Assembly (NCBI GenBank): GCA_038058635.1
Contig: JBBUAP010000001.1
Coordinates: 295,877 to 359,876, forward strand
Direction of reading: 5' to 3'
DNA from: Patescibacteria group bacterium
GTDB taxonomy: Bacteria > Patescibacteriota > UBA1384 > 2-12-FULL-50-11
Length of the DNA: 64,000 nt
Part shown: positions 55,682-64,000 of the stretch, piece by piece
Layout of the letters: every line of letters begins with the position of its first letter
Numbering within the stretch: position 1 is the stretch's first letter
Notes under the pieces: generated by a model
Databases searched by the model: none
What the model saw: the letters and a program-made list of their open reading frames with translations, nothing else
Told to the model about the DNA's origin: nothing
Program-made: the position numbers and the translations under genes

Positions 55682-56290
55682 ATGAAAAATATTATATATC
55701 TTGCAGTTTTCGTTCTCGTGATCATCGGTATTTTTTCTTTCGTTCCGCAAAACAAACCAACAGACACCGCCACAAATACAACTAACCCTACAAAGGAGAC
55801 AACAACCATGACAGCAGATCCAACAACATTTGAAAAAGTCAGCGCTACCTCGGCCGTAATCAAAACCGCAAAAGGTGATATTGCCCTCGAGCTTTACCCG
55901 AACGATGCCCCAAAAACCGTGATGAATTTTGCGACACTTGCCAAGAACGGTTATTACGACAATCTGACTTTCCATCGTGTTGAGCCGGGTTTCGTTATTC
56001 AAGGTGGTGACCCGAGTGGCAACGGCAGTGGCGGTGTCTCGATATACGGCGCCAAATTTGAAGACGAGCTAAATCCCGTCACCGCTAGCTACAAAACCGG
56101 GTATCTAGAGGGTGTCCTAGCAATGGCCAACGCCGGGCCTAACACCAACGGCAGTCAGTTCTTTATAATGTTGGCCAACAATACTTCTCTGCCAAAAAAC
56201 TACACCATCTTCGGCAAAGTGACTTCTGGAATTGATATAGTCAAAAAAATCGCCATCGGCGAAACAATTATTACAATCGCAGTCAAATAA
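55682..56290 (+). CDS. cyclophilin-type peptidyl-prolyl isomerase with an N-terminal TM anchor
   Basis: Cyclophilin motifs [14 protein letters not shown] and [19 protein letters not shown]. The ATG lies 2 nt after the tRNA-Val. Confidence 0.75.
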   Translation: MKNIIYLAVFVLVIIGIFSFVPQNKPTDTATNTTNPTKETTTMTADPTTFEKVSATSAVIKTAKGDIALELYPNDAPKTVMNFATLAKNGYYDNLTFHRVEPGFVIQGGDPSGNGSGGVSIYGAKFEDELNPVTASYKTGYLEGVLAMANAGPNTNGSQFFIMLANNTSLPKNYTIFGKVTSGIDIVKKIAIGETIITIAVK

Positions 56291-56291
56291 C

Positions 56292-56561
56292 ATGACCCAT
56301 TCTCAGTTAACTGGTTGGTTGTCCCTAGGTGCTGGTCTAATCTCCTTTATTATCGGTGTAAGCGGGGGGATATTATTTCCCGATTTGGACTATTCCGGAT
56401 TTCCGAGCAGGGTTTGGCTTTATTCGGGGTTTATTGCAATAATTTCGGGCTTGATAGCTCTCTTCTCCTCTAGCCAAAAGCAAGAAAGAATTGTTGCTGT
56501 TTTTGGGATCGCATTGGGGATCCTCGGCTTACTAGTTATTTTATTTTCGATTGGGATATAA
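56292..56561 (+). CDS. small membrane protein (3 TM)
   Basis: 89 aa, hydrophobic. Confidence 0.35.
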   Translation: MTHSQLTGWLSLGAGLISFIIGVSGGILFPDLDYSGFPSRVWLYSGFIAIISGLIALFSSSQKQERIVAVFGIALGILGLLVILFSIGI

Positions 56562-56607
56562 TTAAAAAGCGATACTAAATGCTTTTCTGTTTGACGATTT
56601 CAAGCGG

Positions 56608-57213
56608 CTACTTCTTCACTTCAATCTTTTTAATTTTTGGTTTGACTGGTTCCACCTTTGGGGCGGTGATTTTTAGCGTACCGTCGGCGAGTTTGGCTTC
56701 GACTCGATCGACATTGATCGGGTGGGCAAAACGCACTTGACGAGCGAAAGAGCCGTACTCCCATTCGCGACGGATGAGTTTTTTGGCGACATCGTGCCTG
56801 TCGACAGCGCTCTGGGCGCTAATTGTCAGCGTGTCACCCGAAAACTCAAGATTGAGCTCATGTTCCTTGAATCCTGGCGCCTGAACTTGAATCTCGTACT
56901 CTGCTTCATTTTCGTAGACATTAATCGCTCCGGCTAGTAAGCTGGCATCTGGCGATTCAATCATCTGGACAGGCACTTCAGCAACTGAGGGCAATTGGGC
57001 CACATTCTGGCTGAGGCCCTCAACAAGTTCCTCTAAGTCACAGTTGAAAAACTGAATCATATTAATAAGAAGGGGAAAGCTTGGCAAGTAAGCGCCCTGC
57101 TCGAGCGAGATGATAGACTGACGAGAAATACCTAGCTGACGAGCTAGTTCATCCTGGCTTAGCTCTTGTGCTTGGCGCAGATCCCTTAAAAGCAATCGTA
57201 ATTCCGTGGACAT
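56608..57213 (-). CDS. HTH_XRE DNA-binding domain fused to an alpha-crystallin (small heat-shock protein) domain
   Basis: N-terminal LSQDELARQLGISRQSIISLEQG is a Cro/C1-type HTH. The C-terminal 110 aa form an alpha-crystallin fold (EYEIQVQAPGFKEHELNLEFSGDTLTISAQ...VEAKLADGTLKITAPK). Confidence 0.65.
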   Translation of the reverse strand: MSTELRLLLRDLRQAQELSQDELARQLGISRQSIISLEQGAYLPSFPLLINMIQFFNCDLEELVEGLSQNVAQLPSVAEVPVQMIESPDASLLAGAINVYENEAEYEIQVQAPGFKEHELNLEFSGDTLTISAQSAVDRHDVAKKLIRREWEYGSFARQVRFAHPINVDRVEAKLADGTLKITAPKVEPVKPKIKKIEVKK

Positions 57214-57262
57214 TTACCCATAATGTAAAGGAAACTTTACATTGGGTCAAGATGTAATTTAT

Positions 57263-58465
57263 CTACTCGTATTTGAGGGCTTCAACTGGGTTTTTGCGAG
57301 CGGCACGAAGGGCGGGCAAGAGCCCGAAAACTACACCAGCGACGACACCCATGCCAACGGCCATCATGATTGTCGAACTGGTAATGGCTGGTTCGAGCGG
57401 CGAGAACTTGGCTGCCAGATACGAGGTCAAGGCAGCTAATCCTATCCCGATGAGTGCCCCGATAACGGTGAGGAGAATAGACTCAATTAAGAATTGAGTC
57501 AGAATTGCTCCTTCGGTAGCGCCAACGGCTTTACGAATACCGATCTCACGGGTTCGCTCGGCGACGGTGACAAGCATAATATTCATGATACCGATGCCGC
57601 CGACCAGTAGTGAGATCGAAGTGATGCCAATCACCATATATTTCAATACATTGATAATCTGATCGACCGTTTTCAAGATATCGGACGGCTTCATGACCGT
57701 AAAATCCATCGTGCCGTGTTTGGCGGTCAGCGCGTCTTTTACTTCGGTGATGGCTTTGTCGATATCTTCAACCGTCTTGGAGTGGACGACAATGCGATTA
57801 ACTTGAGGGGATTTATTAATCTCATTAGCGACCGGCGCGGGAATAAGGAACATTTCTCCCTGGGCAGAGCTGATACTTAGCGACTGCCCGACTTTGAATA
57901 AGCCGATGACTTCGAAATGATCAACGCCAATACTCATCGTTTCACCGACCTTGACCGCCAGTTTGTCTGCGGCTGATTCGCTTAAGACGACGACTCGATT
58001 CTTCAGATCGAGATCCGACTGTTCGAAGTTGCGGCCGGTGACAATATTGATACCGAATAGTTCTTCTGCGCCCGGGGTAATTCCGACGGGCATACCGGTT
58101 AGCTTTTTATCGCCGTGAGTGGCGAGCCCACCGATGAAAACCGCGTAATCAACTGTGCTGTCGATTAGCTCGGTATGAGTTTTGAGGTAGTCGATATCGT
58201 CAACAAGAAGAGTCGATGGTGCTGCCTGGGCGGCAAAATTTGGTGTGCCAGATGAATCGGATTCTCCGGGCATCACAATGATTGTCCGAGGGCCAAAATC
58301 CTCAACAAAGCCACCGATTTGGTTCTGGACTCCCTGGGCGGCGGCCAACAAAGTGACGACGGCGTAAACGCCGATGACGATTCCTAGTAAAGTCAGAAAA
58401 CTGCGCAGGCGATTATTCCAAAGAGATTTCAAGGCGGTTCTAAAATTCTCGAAAATATTCATCAC
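57263..58465 (-). CDS. ABC exporter permease (MacB/FtsX-like)
   Basis: MacB-type layout: TM1, large periplasmic domain, then three C-terminal TM helices. 400 aa. Confidence 0.75.
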   Translation of the reverse strand: MMNIFENFRTALKSLWNNRLRSFLTLLGIVIGVYAVVTLLAAAQGVQNQIGGFVEDFGPRTIIVMPGESDSSGTPNFAAQAAPSTLLVDDIDYLKTHTELIDSTVDYAVFIGGLATHGDKKLTGMPVGITPGAEELFGINIVTGRNFEQSDLDLKNRVVVLSESAADKLAVKVGETMSIGVDHFEVIGLFKVGQSLSISSAQGEMFLIPAPVANEINKSPQVNRIVVHSKTVEDIDKAITEVKDALTAKHGTMDFTVMKPSDILKTVDQIINVLKYMVIGITSISLLVGGIGIMNIMLVTVAERTREIGIRKAVGATEGAILTQFLIESILLTVIGALIGIGLAALTSYLAAKFSPLEPAITSSTIMMAVGMGVVAGVVFGLLPALRAARKNPVEALKYE

Positions 58466-59136
58466 CTCTTTCCCACTAGCTTGTCGCTAACTATTTTGCC
58501 GTCACGCATCGTGATAATTCGAGTGGCATATTCGAGTAAATCGGGGTTGTGGGTGACCATGACGACGGTCGTTCCTTGGGCGTTAATGCTTTTGAATAGA
58601 TCCATTATTTCGCTGCCAGTTTTGGAGTCCAAGTTTCCGGTCGGCTCATCAGCTAGGATTATTTCCGGCTCGGTCACGAGCGCTCGGGCGATCGCGACTC
58701 GTTGCTGTTGGCCGCCGCTCATTTGATTGGGCCAGTTGCGGCGCTTGTTCCATACTCCAACTTGCTCGAGGGCGTGCTGGACCTTGGTGGCGGCGCCTCG
58801 TGTCTGGCCATATAATAGTGGTAGCAAGACATTATCAAAAGATGTTGTCCGACTGATTAAATTAAACGACTGAAAGACAAACCCAAATTTTTTGTTTCGC
58901 AATCCGGCTCTTTGGCGACTAGAAAACTTGTCAACGCGAGTGCCGTCAATACAATATTCGCCCTCGTCGGTGGAGTCGAGTAAGCCAAGTGTATAGAGTA
59001 GGGTCGACTTGCCGCAGCCGCTCGGGCCGATGATGCCAACAAACTCACCCTTGGCGATTTTAAGTGTTACGCCGTCCAAAGCATTCACAACTTCTCCGGC
59101 GGTAAATTGTTTCCGGGCATTAACTAATTTCAACAT
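58462..59136 (-). CDS. ABC exporter ATPase (MacB/LolD-like)
   Basis: Walker A GPSGCGKST, LSGGQQQRVAIARAL and Walker B ILADEPTGNLD. The start is taken at MLKLVNARK. Confidence 0.8.
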   Translation of the reverse strand: MLKLVNARKQFTAGEVVNALDGVTLKIAKGEFVGIIGPSGCGKSTLLYTLGLLDSTDEGEYCIDGTRVDKFSSRQRAGLRNKKFGFVFQSFNLISRTTSFDNVLLPLLYGQTRGAATKVQHALEQVGVWNKRRNWPNQMSGGQQQRVAIARALVTEPEIILADEPTGNLDSKTGSEIMDLFKSINAQGTTVVMVTHNPDLLEYATRIITMRDGKIVSDKLVGKR

Positions 59137-59593
59137 CAATATCAGGTTACCTTGTCTTACAATTATTGCCAAGAAGTGATAAAATCGCTTGGTGGAAACA
59201 GCATCTCTACTTATTTTTCGTTCTTTCACTTTCGAGTTGTTACAAGTCCCCAGTCCTACGGAGAGTCTTCAAATCGGAAGATTGCTTCTAGGCATCGTTC
59301 AGGAGGACGGATTCGAGGAGTTTGTCGGAAGGAATCACTTGTTCTTAACTCGGTCAGTTTGCAACGACTCTGAGGCGATGACGATTGTAATGAGAGGAAT
59401 CGCCAAAAGGCTGTTTGTGACTATCTACGCCACAGACGCCGCTAGACTAGCCGAAATGGAAGGTATCATTTCGGAAAGACTCGATGGAGTCGCAAAGCGA
59501 TGTGAGTCACGTGGTTAACGGCCGCCTTCGGGCGGCCAATTCTTTACTCATATTGATTGACTTTTCCCCTGTTTAATGCTAGTGTATTCGCAT

Positions 59594-59982
59594 GGGGCTG
59601 TAATGGCTTCGACGGGAACTTTAACAACCAAATTTGCAAGCGGAGAGTACCTGCCTTAGAGTACAAAAAAATACGTGCAAACGTTATGAGCAAAGTCAAA
59701 GCTACTGTAGCAAACGCGTTTGGTAGCTTCGTCGCTCAACCAGTATTCGCCTAAACTCGAATACCGTTTCTCTGTTTGATCTCTACTGAAACAGAGACGC
59801 GTCATAATCGTAGGGTAGTAATTGGGTTTTCATCGGCCCTTTCACAAGATTAAGATGATGCTGTTGCTGGGTGTTTCGTCTGTTTTTAGCCCAATGACCT
59901 AAGAAAAGTAAGCAGTCTAAGCTTGTAGTAGATTTGGTTCGTTTGTTTTCGGACGCGGGTTCGACTCCCGCCAGCTCCACCA
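59594..59982 (+). ncRNA. ssrA: tmRNA (ssrA)
   Basis: 5' end GGGGCTGTAATGGCTTCGACGGG and 3' end GGACGCGGGTTCGACTCCCGCCAGCTCCACCA, both near-identical to canonical tmRNA termini. The internal tag frame GCA AAC GCG ... GCC TAA would read ANAFGSFVAQPVFA. Confidence 0.85.
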
Positions 59983-59990
59983 CGAAAATT

Positions 59991-60012
59991 CCACCTTAAC
60001 GGGTGGTTTTTT
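59991..60012 (+). terminator. Rho-independent terminator after ssrA
   Basis: CCACC-TTAACG-GGTGG hairpin followed by TTTTTT. Confidence 0.5.
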
Positions 60013-60019
60013 CGTATAT

Positions 60020-60673
60020 ATGGTGCTCGTGGTTGAGTTTATGAAGAATTTGTCGTACAATCGCCGTGTAAAACTTCTCTGCTTCAAAGCAGAACAGGAG
60101 GGGAAGTTGCAGCAACTTATATTACCGAAATTGTTGGTTCTGGATCGGAATATAATCCAGCCACTCTTCTTCACTGCCGGGCCAATCAAAGGCGGCGGCA
60201 ACTGGCAAGAAAAAGCCTGGGACTACCTGGCGAATCAGCTAAACGAGATGGCAGCCGCCATTCCGAGGCGCTGGAAAAGCGATCATCGTCTGTTTGCACA
60301 TCGGGCCACCGGCCAGGAGGATGCATTCGACAGACAGACTCTCTGGGAGCGTCACTACATGCAACGTGCATCTAGGTGGGGCTGCCTAGTGTTCTGGCTG
60401 CCTTGCGAGAGCAAAACAGAGCCACGAACTGACGGCCAGCCTTATGCACGAGACACGTACGGGGAGCTGGGGGCTTGGCGGTCCAGACTGGGCGACAGTA
60501 CCTTCGATAAGGTCGTCATCGGTGCCGAACCGGACTTTCCAGGCCTAAGCGTGATCACCTGCAACATAAATGAGGATCTTGGACGCGAGTTCCCGATCTA
60601 CTCAACGCTCGAAGAGACGCTCGATCAAGCGATCTTGCTGGCTCAGGTAACGTCCGCATTCGAGCCCGGCTAG
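60020..60673 (+). CDS. hypothetical protein, GC-rich relative to its surroundings (Rossmann-like; possible nucleoside 2-deoxyribosyltransferase-like fold)
   Basis: 217 aa. An FFTAGPIKGGGNW motif resembles the N-terminus of N-deoxyribosyltransferase/DUF4062-like proteins. Lies immediately downstream of ssrA. Confidence 0.35.
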   Translation: MVLVVEFMKNLSYNRRVKLLCFKAEQEGKLQQLILPKLLVLDRNIIQPLFFTAGPIKGGGNWQEKAWDYLANQLNEMAAAIPRRWKSDHRLFAHRATGQEDAFDRQTLWERHYMQRASRWGCLVFWLPCESKTEPRTDGQPYARDTYGELGAWRSRLGDSTFDKVVIGAEPDFPGLSVITCNINEDLGREFPIYSTLEETLDQAILLAQVTSAFEPG

Positions 60674-60726
60674 TCCGGGCTCTTTCAATACTTGACAAAC
60701 TCGCTACCTACACCTAGGGTGGGGGT

Positions 60727-61008
60727 ATGGGTATAAAAAAAGACAAACAAAAAATATTGATTGGGCTTAAAAAAGCAGAGAGTTTACTTAAGAAAATTAC
60801 CTCAATGGTAGAAGCAGACCAATACTGCGTCGATATAATGCAGCAGAACCTGGCCGTGATTGGCTTACTAAAGTCCGTCCATCAGCAAGTGATGCAGGAC
60901 CATCTCCACACTTGTTTTACCGAAGGTGTTGAGTCTGGTTCTAAGGGCAAGCAAAAGAAAATGATCGAAGAAATTATCAAAGTCAGCCGGTTGGCTAACA
61001 AGTCTTAA
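60727..61008 (+). CDS. CsoR/RcnR/FrmR-family metal-sensing transcriptional repressor
   Basis: 93 aa with the family's Cys-His-His-Cys ligand positions (YCVD...H...H..C). Confidence 0.7.
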   Translation: MGIKKDKQKILIGLKKAESLLKKITSMVEADQYCVDIMQQNLAVIGLLKSVHQQVMQDHLHTCFTEGVESGSKGKQKKMIEEIIKVSRLANKS

Positions 61009-61016
61009 GGAGGGAA

Positions 61017-61505
61017 ATGACCAAATTCGTTTTATCGGTGATTGCGTTTAGCATCGCGGCAATTTTGGCTATTTATTTTATTGGGTCTAAAAACACGAAA
61101 GAGAATACTACGAGTATCGAGAGTCCCGTCGGTACCTACGAACTTTCGAGCGAAAAGATGGACCTAGGCGAAATGACAGTCGACGTTAAAAAAACTGCTA
61201 ATTTTACTTTCAAAAATACGAGTAGCGAAAAGATGAATTTGAGTAAGTTTGAAACTAGCTGTAACTGCACGATGACCGAAGTAAAAATCAACGGCGATAC
61301 TTCGCCGATGTTCAATATGCCGGCCCATATGTCGAGTGCCGAAAAGGCCTGGAATCGCGATCTAGCTCCAGGCGAAACAGCCGAGATAAATGTTACTTAC
61401 GAACCGGCCTTAATGCCGGTCTACGGCCCGATCGAACGTTACTCAACTTTTAAAATTAATAATTTCAAGGAAATTCGACTAACCGTGGCGGCTACCGTCA
61501 AGTGA
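61017..61505 (+). CDS. membrane-anchored hypothetical protein with a CxC motif (DUF1573-like)
   Basis: N-terminal TM helix, a beta-rich domain and an SCNCT motif. Sits inside a metal-handling cluster. Confidence 0.4.
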   Translation: MTKFVLSVIAFSIAAILAIYFIGSKNTKENTTSIESPVGTYELSSEKMDLGEMTVDVKKTANFTFKNTSSEKMNLSKFETSCNCTMTEVKINGDTSPMFNMPAHMSSAEKAWNRDLAPGETAEINVTYEPALMPVYGPIERYSTFKINNFKEIRLTVAATVK

Positions 61506-62362
61506 TGTCGGGGACGATTTTCTGGAGCGCTAGTATCGTTGTCGGATTCATTTCTGGTGCGATCGCCTTGTTTGCGCCGTGTTGCTTAACGGTGTTGCTA
61601 CCAACCTATCTAGCCCAGATTGTCCAAACCCGGGTAAGGGTCTTACTCTCAACGCTCGTTTTCTCGCTCGGCATCGCTGCGGTCATGTTACCGATCGCGC
61701 TCGGATTTCGAGAGCTGATCAACATCTTCAACGATTATCATCCGTACTTTTACGGCATTGGTGGGTTGGTAATGATTCTAATGGGAATCCTGCTGATATT
61801 TCAGTTTAAACTACCGATGTTTGTTAAGCCGACCCAGTTGCAAGGCCGAGCCACCTTCGGATCGCTCTTTTTGCTCGGCGTCACTTCTGGTTTGGCGACG
61901 GCCTGTTGCGCCCCGGTATTAGTTGGGGTCATTGCCCTGACCGCCCTTAGTCCCAGTACTTTCCTAGCTCTACTTGTCGGCACTAGCTATGTCGCTGGTA
62001 TGGTTCTGCCGTTGTTACTGGGAGCATTGCTAATGAGTGGGAGCGGACTAATGAAAATACGAACCTGGCTCAACAAACCGCTTGGCCCGACTACAACTGG
62101 TAGCTTGTTGGCCGGCTTGGTCATGATTGGCTACGGATTATTCCTCGGCATTAGCGTTTTGGCGGGGCGGTTAATCAATTCCGGCGAAATTGACCCAGTC
62201 GCCATTCGGGCAATGACAATAGGGCGCAACATCAGCAAATTCTTGAATGAAAATCCTGTCTTTGCCATTCTTGCCTTGATTGTAATGGCTGGGATAGTAG
62301 TAATTGTCGTCAAACGATTGAGAAAAGAACTAGAATCAAATAAGGGAGGAAAAAATGAGTAA
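61502..62362 (+). CDS. CcdA/DsbD-family thiol-disulfide transporter membrane protein
   Basis: Two Cys pairs inside TM helices (APCCLTV and TACCAPV) and about 6-8 TM helices. Confidence 0.65.
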   Translation: MMSGTIFWSASIVVGFISGAIALFAPCCLTVLLPTYLAQIVQTRVRVLLSTLVFSLGIAAVMLPIALGFRELINIFNDYHPYFYGIGGLVMILMGILLIFQFKLPMFVKPTQLQGRATFGSLFLLGVTSGLATACCAPVLVGVIALTALSPSTFLALLVGTSYVAGMVLPLLLGALLMSGSGLMKIRTWLNKPLGPTTTGSLLAGLVMIGYGLFLGISVLAGRLINSGEIDPVAIRAMTIGRNISKFLNENPVFAILALIVMAGIVVIVVKRLRKELESNKGGKNE

Positions 62363-62537
62363 ACAAGAGTGGATGGTGGGAGTCATTGGTTTGTTAGCGG
62401 GGATAGTAATTACAATTGCATTTGGTGCCCTGTATTATTCATCGAACCACAACGGTGCCGGGATGGGAGAGATGATGCGAAGCTTTGGCGGCAATCCTCA
62501 TGGTGAGACATGTTCTGCTAGTAGCTGTAGCGAGTAG
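62355..62537 (+). CDS. small membrane protein with a C-terminal Cys-rich tail
   Basis: 60 aa. One TM helix and a CSASSCSE tail. Confidence 0.3.
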   Translation: MSKQEWMVGVIGLLAGIVITIAFGALYYSSNHNGAGMGEMMRSFGGNPHGETCSASSCSE

Positions 62538-62626
62538 ATGAAGACCTACCAGAAGATTGCGTACTGGTTTTGTTGGGCTGTTTTAGCGATCTTAGTAATT
62601 TGGGCCATAACTAGGATTGGGGGCAG

Positions 62627-62818
62627 ATGAACGATCCGGGAATGAAGGCTTCAACAGCAGAGTACCAAGCGTCCTTATTCGGTTCTGTTGTAATTGGTCT
62701 TGGAGTGGGGGTGCTTGTAGCTAACTTTGTACCAACCTGGCTAGGGGTGGCTGCTGTCTTGCTTGGAGCATTGGTTCACGGGTGGGGTATGTATCGAATT
62801 TACAAACGGAGTCATTGA
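62627..62818 (+). CDS. small 2-TM membrane protein
   Basis: 63 aa. Its stop overlaps the start of the ATPase gene. Confidence 0.3.
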   Translation: MNDPGMKASTAEYQASLFGSVVIGLGVGVLVANFVPTWLGVAAVLLGALVHGWGMYRIYKRSH

Positions 62819-64000
62819 TGGAAGATTGTCATAGTCACAGCCAGCCAGACCATCAGAGCCATAGTGGCGGTCATCACGCCATGACGATGGATGACGCGGC
62901 AATGTTTTTGCGTCGGTTTTGGTATTCGACGGCACTGCTGGTACCGTTGCTGTTAGTTAGTAATGTTGGGGTTAAGTTTTTGGGCGTTCCAGATTTTGAC
63001 GGCCGAGGGTACGTTGGATTTGCTATCTCGACCATAATTTTCTACTTCTCCCTAATATTTTTTGAACACGCCACTCACGAAATAAAAGCCCGGAGTTACG
63101 GGATGATGACATTAGTATCTCTTGCCGTGGCCAGCGGTTTTCTTTTTTCCGTTGCTTCAACATTCATCCCCAGTTTTGGCGGAATGGAATTTTTCCTTGA
63201 GATTTCGACCTTAATTTGGGTGTTACTATTCGGCCACTACTTGGAAGCCAAATCCACTGCCGCGGCCGGGTCGGCCTTACAAGAAGTGGCGAAATTGTTA
63301 CCAAAAGAAGTTCACCTGCTTGTCAGCGGTCAAGCCCACGATGTGCCGCTAGAGCAGATTAAGCCCGGGGATATGGTGCTGGTTAAACCGGGCGAAAAGC
63401 TACCGGCCGATGGGGTGATCATTGAAGGCCAGGCCAATATGGACGAAGCGCTCATTACGGGCGAATCGAAACCAATTAGCAAAAAAACTGGCGACAAAGT
63501 TATCGCCGGTTCGATCTGTTTAGACGGCTCGCTAACAATAAAACTTGAAAAAGTCGGCCTTGATTCAACTGTTGGGCATATTCAGAAGTTGGTTGAGACC
63601 GCCCAGACCACTAAACCCCAACTTCAGTATCTCGCCGATCGGGTCGCCTCTCTTCTGACTTTTGTTGCCCTAGGTACAGCCATCGCCACTGTCCTGGTTT
63701 GGACTTTGGTGGAGGGACAGACATTCGCCTTTGCTCTAGCTTTGGCCGTAACGGTTCTGGTTATTGCCTGCCCGCACGCGTTGGGCTTAGCCATTCCAAC
63801 TGTTTCAACTACCGCCACCTCTCTTGCCTTGAAACATGGAATTTTTCTTAAATCTTTAAAAAAACTGGAAGCGGCTCGCAACATCACTTATGTCGCCTTT
63901 GATAAAACGGGCACTTTGACCGAAGGCAAACCCGCCGTCACCGATGTTGTCGGCGACCGCGAGAAAGTTCTAGCAATTGCCGCAGCATTGGAGCGCAGCT
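62818..64000 (+). CDS. P1B-type heavy-metal (Cu) translocating ATPase, His-rich N-terminus; 3' end lies outside the window
   Basis: His-rich N-terminus HSHSQPDHQSHSGGHH, a CPH motif in a TM helix, the phosphorylation motif DKTGTLT and a TGES motif. The ORF is open to the window edge. Confidence 0.85.
   Translation, partial: MEDCHSHSQPDHQSHSGGHHAMTMDDAAMFLRRFWYSTALLVPLLLVSNVGVKFLGVPDFDGRGYVGFAISTIIFYFSLIFFEHATHEIKARSYGMMTLVSLAVASGFLFSVASTFIPSFGGMEFFLEISTLIWVLLFGHYLEAKSTAAAGSALQEVAKLLPKEVHLLVSGQAHDVPLEQIKPGDMVLVKPGEKLPADGVIIEGQANMDEALITGESKPISKKTGDKVIAGSICLDGSLTIKLEKVGLDSTVGHIQKLVETAQTTKPQLQYLADRVASLLTFVALGTAIATVLVWTLVEGQTFAFALALAVTVLVIACPHALGLAIPTVSTTATSLALKHGIFLKSLKKLEAARNITYVAFDKTGTLTEGKPAVTDVVGDREKVLAIAAALERS

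Noticed and set aside
59557-60201. Short ORFs 59557-59754 (+), 59783-59983 (-) and 59917-60201 (-)
   Set aside because: They lie within or antisense to tmRNA. The + strand one is the tmRNA tag frame read from an upstream ATG, not a protein gene.

Overview
The window reads as a roughly 50% GC, gene-dense genome of a Candidate Phyla Radiation / Patescibacteria-like bacterium. This is an inference from gene content: a compact AlaRS, a type IV pilin, mreBCD-PBP2, and several tRNA genes that abut start codons. Core content runs as follows. Positions 1-4150: 3' end of a ComM/YifB-like ATPase, tRNA-Gly, an NlpC/P60 peptidase, tRNA-Cys, SecG and a solute-binding-like lipoprotein. Positions 4194-5047: a LAGLIDADG homing endonuclease packed between tRNA-Leu(CAG) and tRNA-Leu(GAG). 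Positions 5150-20800: an envelope and division block with an SLT transglycosylase, alaS, an FtsA-like ATPase, ruvX-mltG, a C39-like peptidase and mreB-mreC-mreD-PBP2. Positions 21000-36800: a CdaR-like regulator, a CYTH protein, a two-component pair, greA, a probably acquired cassette with its own promoter and terminator, serS, secA, a TPR protein, an NRAMP transporter and ftsE-ftsX followed by a coiled-coil CHAP (PcsB-like) hydrolase. Positions 36800-46400: large surface proteins, a GH130/DUF377-like enzyme, and a glycosylation module (GT2, GtrA, DPM1-like GT2, GT39) next to a type IV pilin. Positions 47240-54406: a GC-rich, decayed integrated element next to tRNA-Glu. It carries a large serine recombinase, two recombinase fragments inside roughly 250-bp direct repeats, a methyltransferase, a TrpB2-like enzyme and ssuABC-like remnants. 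Positions 54685-64000: a polysaccharide deacetylase, tRNA-Val abutting a cyclophilin, an HTH_XRE-alpha-crystallin fusion in an ABC-exporter operon, tmRNA (ssrA) with a terminator, a GC-rich downstream gene, and a CsoR / CcdA / P1B-ATPase metal cluster. Non-genic structure worth noting: two copies of a roughly 120-nt intergenic element with conserved termini at 18140 and 41058, a 44-bp tandem repeat at 20790, and a tmRNA-like or tRNA-like element on the minus strand at 48805-49092. No CRISPR array was seen.
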